A stretch of DNA of 21,923 nucleotides, taken from assembly GCA_046536775.1 (NCBI GenBank), contig JAWDMD010000007.1, positions 1 through 21,923 of the forward strand. The letters are read 5' to 3'. The position numbers and the translations under genes were made by a program. Below the pieces are notes generated by a model that was not told the DNA's origin, made no database searches, and saw only the letters and a program-made list of their open reading frames with translations. Of this stretch, positions 6,936-13,637 are shown in pieces. The DNA comes from Candidatus Nanopusillus sp. GTDB lineage: Archaea; Nanobdellota; Nanobdellia; Nanobdellales; Nanobdellaceae. Every line of letters begins with the position of its first letter. Within the stretch, counting starts at the first letter, position 1.

Positions 6936-7064
6936 CTATTCCCAATCCCATTCTTCATCACCAAACTCTTCCCAATCTTCTTCTCCTTCATCCCAACCTT
7001 CTCCTTCATCCTCCTCTTTCATTCTCAGTTCATTTACCTTCCTTTTTAGGTCTTCCCAATCCAT
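6936..7064 (-). CDS. Candidate small ORF (42 aa): highly acidic, Trp-rich peptide MDWEDLKRKVNELRMKEEDEGEGWDEGEEDWEEFGDEEWDWE
   Basis: This ORF is not in the supplied track because it is too short. It runs ATG at 7064 to TAG at 6936..6938, followed directly by TAA. It sits in an otherwise unexplained 190-nt gap between two minus-strand genes. Its local composition is distinct (C/T-rich on the plus strand, visibly more GC than its surroundings). A TATA-like TTTTATAA at 7087..7094 is centred 26.5 nt upstream of the ATG. Confidence 0.35.
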   Translation of the reverse strand: MDWEDLKRKVNELRMKEEDEGEGWDEGEEDWEEFGDEEWDWE

Positions 7065-7088
7065 ACCCTTTTATTATTATGTAAACTT

Positions 7089-7616
7089 TTATAAGGTTTT
7101 CTGTGTATCTTCTTTATCCCTCAGTAATATTGTTACAATATATTTTTTACTTCCCTTTTCTTTATTGTAGCTAAACAATTTTTTACTTAATTTTACTTCT
7201 CCATATTTTTTTAATATATTATAATAGCTCTTTATCCTATTTTTTCCTACATATAAATATATATCTAAATCCTTTTCATTTATTTCATTCACTTTTTTTA
7301 TTATATCTTTATTTTTCTTTGCTATTTTTAATATTTCATCCTCAATATTTTTATTATATCCTCTTATTTGCAAAATCAGATTTGCTTTTTTACTTAAACC
7401 TTTACATCTAGGACAAACAATATATTCATATTCAAAATCATCTATATCAAGATTATTATACCATTTATTATGATATTTTATTCTTCCACAATACTTACAT
7501 ATATATACTTTTTCTTTTTTCTCTTCTTTTTTATTTATTTTTAAATAACATTCATAGCATAATCCATCATATAGTTTTTCAACTTCTTTTCCACAAGATG
7601 GACATATTCTCTTCAT
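7089..7616 (-). CDS. NMD3-like zinc-ribbon protein (N-terminal NMD3 domain only; truncated relative to typical archaeal NMD3)
   Basis: There are four CxxC pairs with NMD3-like spacing and context: ICPSCGKEVEKLYDGLCYECYL (C5/C8, C20/C23), YICKYCGRIKYHNKWY (C40/C43) and VCPRCKG (C68/C71). The protein is only 175 aa. Its start overlaps the DUF424 stop by 4 nt. Confidence 0.55.
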   Translation of the reverse strand: MKRICPSCGKEVEKLYDGLCYECYLKINKKEEKKEKVYICKYCGRIKYHNKWYNNLDIDDFEYEYIVCPRCKGLSKKANLILQIRGYNKNIEDEILKIAKKNKDIIKKVNEINEKDLDIYLYVGKNRIKSYYNILKKYGEVKLSKKLFSYNKEKGSKKYIVTILLRDKEDTQKTL

Positions 7617-7900
7617 AAATAGATAATAAAAGTATATGGTATCCCAGCAATTTTTTTAATATCTTTTTCTTCAATTATCCTTTTCTCTTTTAATATATTT
7701 ATAGATTCTTCCCCAACAGCATATATAAAATATATATCTTCAAAATCCTTTTCATCAATTTTTTCCCTTTCATCTCCTTTGAAAAATTCATTCAATTCTA
7801 ATACAAATTCTCCTTCCTCAAATGTTTTTCCATATAAATCTTTATCACATAAAACCAAAACATATCCATAATTATCTCTATACTTCCTTAACAAAATCAT
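7613..7900 (-). CDS. DUF424 family protein (COG2412, conserved archaeal protein usually linked to aIF-2beta)
   Basis: YVLVLCDKDLYGKTFEEGEFVLELNEFFKGDE......F......YAVGEESI..L.....I.E.DIKKIAGIPY resembles the DUF424 pattern (iCD.dLlGk.feEg...L.v...FY.Ge ... i.GvPha). It sits in the typical position directly after eif2b. Confidence 0.55.
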   Translation of the reverse strand: MILLRKYRDNYGYVLVLCDKDLYGKTFEEGEFVLELNEFFKGDEREKIDEKDFEDIYFIYAVGEESINILKEKRIIEEKDIKKIAGIPYTFIIYL

Positions 7901-8325
7901 TTTAATTTATATATTACTGGACTTTCTGCACCGCATGCTAGACATTTAATAATATATACCCTTTCCCTCTTTTCCAATCTTGTATCCAACTTTTTGCATA
8001 TTGGACATCTAACAAATATATCTATAAATTTATCTATCTTTGCTTTTATTTTCTCAAATTCTATCCTTTTCTGTAATATTATTTTTTTATCTTCAATTTT
8101 CGATGCAACACTAAATTCTTTTTGTAGAAATTCCGCTAATAAATTTATATCTCTATTTATTATATCACAAATTGTTCCAGAATTTTCTATAGATGTCCAT
8201 TTTCCAACATAATTTATTTTTGGTAATGGTATATTTATTGATCCCAATGCAGATCCATGTAAAACCTTCATACTACCTAATTTCTTATATGCTTCATCTA
8301 ACATTTCTTCGTATGTTGGTATCAT
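7897..8325 (-). CDS. eif2b: Translation initiation factor aIF-2 beta subunit
   Basis: YEEMLDEAYKKL, an N-terminal helix and central domain, and the C-terminal zinc ribbon FVRCPICKKLDTRLEKRERVYIIKCLACGAESPV are typical of the eIF2beta/eIF5 family. The size of 142 aa is normal. Confidence 0.9.
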   Translation of the reverse strand: MIPTYEEMLDEAYKKLGSMKVLHGSALGSINIPLPKINYVGKWTSIENSGTICDIINRDINLLAEFLQKEFSVASKIEDKKIILQKRIEFEKIKAKIDKFIDIFVRCPICKKLDTRLEKRERVYIIKCLACGAESPVIYKLK

Positions 8326-8897
8326 ATAACTTTATATTTTTCTGGTGAAGATTCATAAATCTCTCCAGATGACAATAGATCCATTATAATATTTGATAGC
8401 TTTTCTTCACTTATATCAAAGAAATTTTCTATATCTTTTAAAGATATCCCATCACCTTTATCGTTATTTCTTATAAATTCTAAAATTTGTTTTCTTAATT
8501 TTACTTCTTCAGGTAGTTCCTCATCGGGTATTTTTTCTTCTCTATCATTTTCTTCATCCATATTATTTTCTTTATTATTTTTCTTTATATTTCTTTTTAT
8601 TTTTTTAATGAAAAATTTTCTCCATATAATTTCATCATCTCCATTTAATATGCTTACATATCTTGCAATTACAGAAAAACTATTATTATATTCTGAAACA
8701 TTTCCTAGAATTAGTAAAGTATCAAATAATTTAATATTATATATATCAAATAAAACAACATCAAAATATCCAAATGAATCCAATAATTTTAACCTAACCA
8801 ATTTCTTTTCCTCCTGAATATCTATTACTTTTCCAATTAAACAAACCTTCTTATCCTTATAATTCTTTAGATCTTTTGAAAATATTGGTAAATACAT
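8322..8897 (-). CDS. RPA32/Stn1-like protein: N-terminal OB fold, acidic linker, C-terminal winged helix
   Basis: KKVCLIGKVIDIQEEKKLVRLKLLDSFGYFDVVLFD......FDTLLILGNVSEYNNSFSVIARYVSILNGDDEIIWRKF follows the RPA32-type OB pattern (V.lvG.V..v.......y.lDD.TG.i.v..w....G.yV.V.G.l..f.g...i.a..i..v.d.nEi..H). It is followed by the acidic tract NNMDEENDREEKIPDEELPEE and a wH-like ILEFIRNNDKGDGISLKDIENFFDISEEKLSNIIMDLLSSGEIYESSPEKYKVI. The gene starts 2 nt after the mcm stop. Confidence 0.5.
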   Translation of the reverse strand: MYLPIFSKDLKNYKDKKVCLIGKVIDIQEEKKLVRLKLLDSFGYFDVVLFDIYNIKLFDTLLILGNVSEYNNSFSVIARYVSILNGDDEIIWRKFFIKKIKRNIKKNNKENNMDEENDREEKIPDEELPEEVKLRKQILEFIRNNDKGDGISLKDIENFFDISEEKLSNIIMDLLSSGEIYESSPEKYKVI

Positions 8898-8899
8898 AT

Positions 8900-10900
8900 T
8901 TATACAGCTTTATATTTTTTATCTCCAGATTCATATATATACCCTTCCTTTAATAATTTATCAATTGTTTCTTTTACTTTTTCTTCCTCTAAATTATATT
9001 TCTTAGATTCATTTAATATTTCATTTAATGGAATACCATCTGGAAAATCTTTTTGTAAATCTTTTATTATATCCAATACTTTTGATAGTTTTTGTCTTTG
9101 TGTAGAAGAAATTCCAGACATTATTATATCTATATCTAATCTATTATTTTCTGGATTTATTCCAACCTCTTTCAAGCTATACAATAATAATTCTTTTGCA
9201 AGGTTCACATCATCTTCAGTAACTACTGGAGATAATCTTATTTTTGCAGAAGCTTCAGCTATCCTTATTATTGACATTAGTTGTCTTGTAGTTATTGGTA
9301 TTGTATCTTCTCCAGAGCTAGATCTTAATTTTATATAGAAATCCTTTACAATATCCAGAGCTGCAGTTGTCCATTGTGGCTCAATTTTCTTTGCATATAT
9401 TATATATTTCCTTAATAAATCTTTATCCAATGGTGCCTTTTTTTCTTCTTTTAAACCTTTCAATAATTCATTAACAATTGTTTCATCCTGTTGTGGATTT
9501 GGTTCATCTATAAGAACAAATATCAAATCAAATCTATTAACTATTGTTGGTGGTAAATCCATTTGATCGACTATACTTTTCATCTTATCCCATCTACCAA
9601 ACTTTGGATTCGCAGCTGCTAAAATCGATGTTTCTGTCCTTAGTGTTGCATGAATATTTGCTTTATCAATTGTTATTGTTTGCTGTTCCATTGCTTCATG
9701 TAAAGATTGCAATTCTTCTATAGATAATTTATCAAGTTCATCTATACATACAAGTCCTCCAGAGGATAATACCAATGCCCCAGCCTCCAAAACCCATCCA
9801 CCCTTAAATATTTCATCCTTTCTAACAGAGGCAGTTAAACCTACAGATGATGATGTTACTCCAACTACATATTTTGATTTTGGAGCAATTTCCGATACAT
9901 ATCTTAATAATTTTGATTTTCCTACACCAGGATCTCCTAAAATTAATATATGTATGTTTTTTCTTTCATCAACACCCCTCCTTCTTTTTCCACCAGATAA
10001 TAATTGTAATGCAATTGCTTTTTTAATTAGTTCATAATACTTTCCATATAAACCTGGAGCAATAGAATTTGCAATCAAACTTAATACATCTGTAGACTTT
10101 GCCAACTCCTTTATTCTTTTTTCATCTTCTGGGGATATTGATATATCTTCAACATCTTTGTCTATAGGTTCAACATAAATTGCATCTATATATAAATCCA
10201 ATATTGCTTTAAAATTTGAATTTTTTAATTCTTTTACAATTCCATATATTTTAACCCTTATTCCTGGTAATGTTTTCCTTTCCATCCTGGGTTCACATAA
10301 ATCTTCCTTTAACATTACAGTAATTTGAGCAGGTTGTTCACCTTTTTCAATTTGATCTGCAGGTTCTTCAATTAATAATCTCTGTATATCTATTGTTTCA
10401 TGATCTGTTTCAATAAATCTTCCCTTTATACCACCACATACAGGACATTTTTTTGGTCTTTCTATTAAAAAATTCTTATTTTCAACCCAAAATTCTCCAC
10501 CACAATCTTCATGTAAATACTTTGTTTTTATAATGAAAGGTCTTACTTCTGAAGATATTTTTATTATACCTTCAACCTGTATTAATTTATCTTTATTTTC
10601 AGATCTAATATCCCTTATCCTTAAATATCTTAAACTTTCAGGAAGGTTCTTTATCCTTACCTTTACTTTCCTATCTAATCTTTCAGAAAAGTATACACCC
10701 ATTTGTTCTAGAAAATTTTCTGTCTTATTTAATAGAAGATCTAATTGCTTATTATTTAAATATGATTTTATTTTTTCATAATCTAATATAACAGACTTTT
10801 CTTCTTCCTTAATAAATTTTTCAATTTCTTCTTTTGAAGCATCAAAAATTTGTCCTAAAAATCCTACATCTAAAATTTCAACTTCCTTTGTGTCATCCAT
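8900..10900 (-). CDS. mcm: Replicative DNA helicase MCM
   Basis: An N-terminal zinc motif (HEDCGGEF...CPVCGG), Walker A (HILILGDPGVGKSKLL), Walker B (VCIDELDKL), sensor/arginine-finger regions (SILAAANP, VNRFDLIFVL) and a C-terminal wH domain are all present. There is no intein. Confidence 0.95.
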   Translation of the reverse strand: MDDTKEVEILDVGFLGQIFDASKEEIEKFIKEEEKSVILDYEKIKSYLNNKQLDLLLNKTENFLEQMGVYFSERLDRKVKVRIKNLPESLRYLRIRDIRSENKDKLIQVEGIIKISSEVRPFIIKTKYLHEDCGGEFWVENKNFLIERPKKCPVCGGIKGRFIETDHETIDIQRLLIEEPADQIEKGEQPAQITVMLKEDLCEPRMERKTLPGIRVKIYGIVKELKNSNFKAILDLYIDAIYVEPIDKDVEDISISPEDEKRIKELAKSTDVLSLIANSIAPGLYGKYYELIKKAIALQLLSGGKRRRGVDERKNIHILILGDPGVGKSKLLRYVSEIAPKSKYVVGVTSSSVGLTASVRKDEIFKGGWVLEAGALVLSSGGLVCIDELDKLSIEELQSLHEAMEQQTITIDKANIHATLRTETSILAAANPKFGRWDKMKSIVDQMDLPPTIVNRFDLIFVLIDEPNPQQDETIVNELLKGLKEEKKAPLDKDLLRKYIIYAKKIEPQWTTAALDIVKDFYIKLRSSSGEDTIPITTRQLMSIIRIAEASAKIRLSPVVTEDDVNLAKELLLYSLKEVGINPENNRLDIDIIMSGISSTQRQKLSKVLDIIKDLQKDFPDGIPLNEILNESKKYNLEEEKVKETIDKLLKEGYIYESGDKKYKAV

Positions 10901-10968
10901 ATATCTTATATTACAAAAAATGCATATAAGAAAAAATATAAAAAATTAATAAATGAAAATATCTATAA

Positions 10969-11058
10969 GGGCCCGTAGCTCAGAGGTGGAGCGCCGGCCT
11001 TATAAGGCTACGCTCCTAAGAAAGCCGGAGGTCAGGGGTTCGAGTCCCCTCGGGCCCA
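10969..11058 (+). tRNA. tRNA-Ile (anticodon UAU) with an 18-nt canonical intron; CCA not encoded
   Basis: The read is GGGCCCG-TA-GCTC-AGAGGTG-GAGC-G-CCGGC-CTTATA[intron]A-GCCGG-AGGTC-AGGGG-TTCGAGT-CCCCT-CGGGCCC-A. After removal of 11005..11022 the anticodon loop is C-U-UAU-A-A, with U33 and A37 present. Confidence 0.85.
11005..11022 (+). other. tRNA intron at canonical position 37/38 with a bulge-helix-bulge motif
   Basis: A 4-bp central helix, CTTA (10999..11002) paired with TAAG (11017..11020), is flanked by 3-nt bulges TAA (11003..11005) and AAA (11021..11023). The outer helix is the anticodon stem. The inner helix is short: GG (11006-7) paired with CC (11015-6). Confidence 0.75.
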
Positions 11059-11099
11059 TAAAATTTTAGAATTATTTAAATTAAAATAAAATTAAAAAA

Positions 11100-12431
11100 C
11101 TACTTTAATTGTAATTGCTTTTCTTTTACACTTAATACCTGTCCAATTCCAATTGTTTTATTCATATCTCTAATTGCAAATCTTCCCAATGATGTATTTG
11201 GGAACTCCTCAAATTTCTCTACTACTACTGGTTTTGTTGGTACAAACTTTACAATTGCTGCATCTCCAGTCTTTAAGAATTGTGGATTCTTTTCAACTTC
11301 CTGTCCGGTTCTTGGATCTATTTTTGATTGTATTTCTACAACCTTACATGCTACTGCTGCAGTATGTATATGTATTACTGGTGTATATCCAACAGCAATT
11401 GCAGATGGGTGGTATAATACATAAATTCTTGCAGTAAATTCTTCTGCCAATTTTGGTAATGGTTCTCCCATTTTTCCACATACATCTCCCCTTAATATAT
11501 CACCACCTTCAGGTCCCTTAACATTAAATCCAATATTATCTCCTGGTAATGCTTCATCTAATTTTTCATGATGCATTTCTATAGATTTTACTTCACCTAC
11601 AACACCATTTGGTTTCCTTGATGGTAAGAATATTACTTTATCGTTTGGTTTTAATCTTCCAGATTCTACCTTTCCGGTTGGTACAAGTCCTACACCTTTA
11701 ATATTATATACATCTCCAATTGGGATTCTTAGAGGTTTATCTATCAATCTTGGAGGTTCATCCAATATATCAAATGCTTCATATATTGTTGGACCAGTAT
11801 ACCATGGCATTTTCTGTGATTTTTGTGTTACATTTTCATCTGATAAGAATGCAGCTATTGGAACAATTGCTTTTATTTGTTTTTCATTATAACCAACTTG
11901 TTTTGCTAATGTTAATACCATATTCTTTACCTGCTCATATCTTTTTTGATCATAATTTACAGCATCCATTTTTGATACTGCAACAATAATTTGTGGAATT
12001 CCCAATGTTCTTAATAATAATAAGTGTTCTCTTCCCTGTCCTTCTGAACTTAGTGATGTTTCTGCTTCACCTGGTGCCGCAGAGACAACTAATACTGCTG
12101 CATCAGATTGTGCAGTACCGCTAATCATGTTCTTTATAAAGTCTCTATGACCTGGAGCATCCAATATTGTTAATACATATTTCTTTGCAGGTATTTTAAT
12201 TGCAGCTATATCAATTGTTACTCCTCTCTTTCTTTCTTCTATTGATCTATCCAATAAGAATGCTAGATATTCTGATTCCTTTCCAAATTCCTTTGCTGCG
12301 TTCTTTAGTTCTTCTAATAGTTTCTGATCTATTAAATTCAAAGATACCATTAGCCTTCCTACCAATGTTGATTTTCCATTATCTACATGCCCTACTACTA
12401 CCAAATTAATATGTGGTTTTTCTCTCGCCAT
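11100..12431 (-). CDS. tuf: Translation elongation factor EF-1 alpha (aEF1A)
   Basis: KPHINLVVVGHVDNGKSTLVGRL (G1), DAPGHRDF (G3), SKMD (an NKMD variant, G4) and domains II/III are present. The size of 443 aa fits. Confidence 0.95.
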   Translation of the reverse strand: MAREKPHINLVVVGHVDNGKSTLVGRLMVSLNLIDQKLLEELKNAAKEFGKESEYLAFLLDRSIEERKRGVTIDIAAIKIPAKKYVLTILDAPGHRDFIKNMISGTAQSDAAVLVVSAAPGEAETSLSSEGQGREHLLLLRTLGIPQIIVAVSKMDAVNYDQKRYEQVKNMVLTLAKQVGYNEKQIKAIVPIAAFLSDENVTQKSQKMPWYTGPTIYEAFDILDEPPRLIDKPLRIPIGDVYNIKGVGLVPTGKVESGRLKPNDKVIFLPSRKPNGVVGEVKSIEMHHEKLDEALPGDNIGFNVKGPEGGDILRGDVCGKMGEPLPKLAEEFTARIYVLYHPSAIAVGYTPVIHIHTAAVACKVVEIQSKIDPRTGQEVEKNPQFLKTGDAAIVKFVPTKPVVVEKFEEFPNTSLGRFAIRDMNKTIGIGQVLSVKEKQLQLK

Positions 12432-12466
12432 TTAAGATTATATTTATAAAAAAATTTATATATAAT

Positions 12467-13384
12467 TCAGCCAGATACTAAAGGCTGAAATATGCTATTA
12501 AATAAATTGTATGGTAAAGCCCCTGCAAATTCAAACATTATATAACTATAATCTGGCGTTGTATATACTGAAGGACTCAATCCATATTGCTTTAATTGAT
12601 TTAATACACTATTAACCTGCTGAACTGTCTGGAATGTAATAGAAGATGTCTTTACAGCCACTATAAATGTTGGGGTTCCATCAATTCCATATGTATTCAT
12701 ATTATAATTTTCTTCACTATATATTTGATAATAATATTCTGAACTATTTACACATGAATCTATTTCATTAACATTCAATCCTAAAGCTTGAGCTTCTTTA
12801 TTAAATTCGTTATATACATCTTGTTGACTCGAGAGAGTATCCCACGATATATTTTGCATTTGATTATACCAAGTCCAGTTTGCAAATTGATCCCATGTAT
12901 TAAATCCATACAATGTATATACACATGTTAAATATTGTGATGTTATATTTGCATATTGATGTATTTGATATAGTGGGAAATCAATATATACCCATGCCAT
13001 TTTTCCATTATCTATATAATTTTGCTCAATTTGTGGAAATGTTTGTAAATAAAATAGATCACAATATGGACATGCATAATCTGAGAATTCATATACAATA
13101 ACGTTCGCATTATTTGGATTTCCATATACTGGATCTATATTTGAAATATTTGGCAATGGAGCTTGTGTTAATGTTTGTAAGTATGTTTGCAATTGATTTG
13201 AAGAACTACTAGACGATCCAGATATCTTTATGTTTGATATCGAATTTGCTACAATATAAGATCCTAAAACTACCGATATTGCCAATACTATAAACCCTAT
13301 TATTATTGATTTCTCAACACTAAGATTAAACTTCCATTCTTTCCTTTCATTATTTTCTTCACTTTTTTCTTTTTCCTTTTCCAT
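12467..13384 (-). CDS. Membrane-anchored DsbA-like thiol:disulfide oxidoreductase (thioredoxin fold, CPYC active site)
   Basis: After a charged N-terminus there is one TM helix (SIIIGFIVLAISVVLGSYIVA). This is followed by GNPNNANVIVYEFSDYACPYCDLF (the DsbA/Thioredoxin_4 pattern with CxxC) and the cis-Pro loop YGIDGTPTFIV. The N/Q/S/Y-rich composition and several N-x-S/T sequons suggest an extracytoplasmic location. Confidence 0.7.
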   Translation of the reverse strand: MEKEKEKSEENNERKEWKFNLSVEKSIIIGFIVLAISVVLGSYIVANSISNIKISGSSSSSSNQLQTYLQTLTQAPLPNISNIDPVYGNPNNANVIVYEFSDYACPYCDLFYLQTFPQIEQNYIDNGKMAWVYIDFPLYQIHQYANITSQYLTCVYTLYGFNTWDQFANWTWYNQMQNISWDTLSSQQDVYNEFNKEAQALGLNVNEIDSCVNSSEYYYQIYSEENYNMNTYGIDGTPTFIVAVKTSSITFQTVQQVNSVLNQLKQYGLSPSVYTTPDYSYIMFEFAGALPYNLFNSIFQPLVSG

Positions 13385-13412
13385 TCAAAATATTTTGATA
13401 AAAAATTTATAT

Positions 13413-13565
13413 TTATTCAGATTCCTTACTCTCAAGTAAATAAAATACTCCCATTATAAATGGTATTACTGATAGAGTCTTTGAATTTGTTAATAGATAA
13501 GTTAAAACTCCTAACAAAATTATTATCCCTAATATTATCATATCTATTCTATTTATTTTTATCAT
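13413..13565 (-). CDS. Candidate small membrane protein (50 aa, two hydrophobic helices): MIKINRIDMIILGIIILLGVLTYLLTNSKTLSVIPFIMGVFYLLESKESE
   Basis: This ORF is not in the supplied track. It fills most of a 253-nt gap and has a two-helix hairpin layout with a charged tail. A TATA-like GTATATAA (13589..13596, minus sense) is centred 27.5 nt upstream of its ATG. A competing antisense 35-aa ORF exists (see rejected list). Confidence 0.3.
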   Translation of the reverse strand: MIKINRIDMIILGIIILLGVLTYLLTNSKTLSVIPFIMGVFYLLESKESE

Positions 13566-13637
13566 AATCTTTATTGTAAGAAAACATCTTATATACTTTA
13601 TTTTAAATATATAAAGTTATGGTAGAATATCGGATCT

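Noticed and set aside
7994-8817. Plus-strand ORFs 7994..8212 and 8608..8817
   Set aside because: They are antisense shadows of eif2b and the RPA32-like gene, with F/I/S/L-rich translations and no motifs.
10533-10781. 82-aa plus-strand ORF
   Set aside because: It is antisense to mcm.
6508-11099. tRNA genes as integration sites for a mobile element or genomic island
   Set aside because: There is no integrase or recombinase, no direct repeat of either tRNA 3' end, and the region between the tRNAs consists of core replication and translation genes.
11174-12409. Three plus-strand ORFs (11174..11437, 11720..11989, 12200..12409)
   Set aside because: All are antisense to tuf, and their L/Q-rich translations reflect the reverse complement of its codon usage.
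12913-13101. 62-aa plus-strand ORF
   Set aside because: It is antisense to the DsbA-like gene, directly opposite the region that encodes the CPYC motif.
13460-13567. 35-aa plus-strand ORF (MVLLIESLNLLIDKLKLLTKLLSLILSYLFYLFLS) in the DsbA/ileS gap
   Set aside because: It competes with the antisense 50-aa ORF. It is shorter, leucine-rich and low in complexity, lacks a well-placed TATA-like element, and would run through the ileS and small-ORF promoter region. The minus-strand ORF is the better candidate, but neither is proven.
13385-13637. Possible C/D box sRNA (CTGA at about 13418 and an imperfect ATGATAA at about 13540 on the minus strand)
   Set aside because: The C box is imperfect, the boxes are about 120 nt apart (too far for an archaeal C/D sRNA), and there are no C'/D' boxes or terminal stem. 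These are chance matches.
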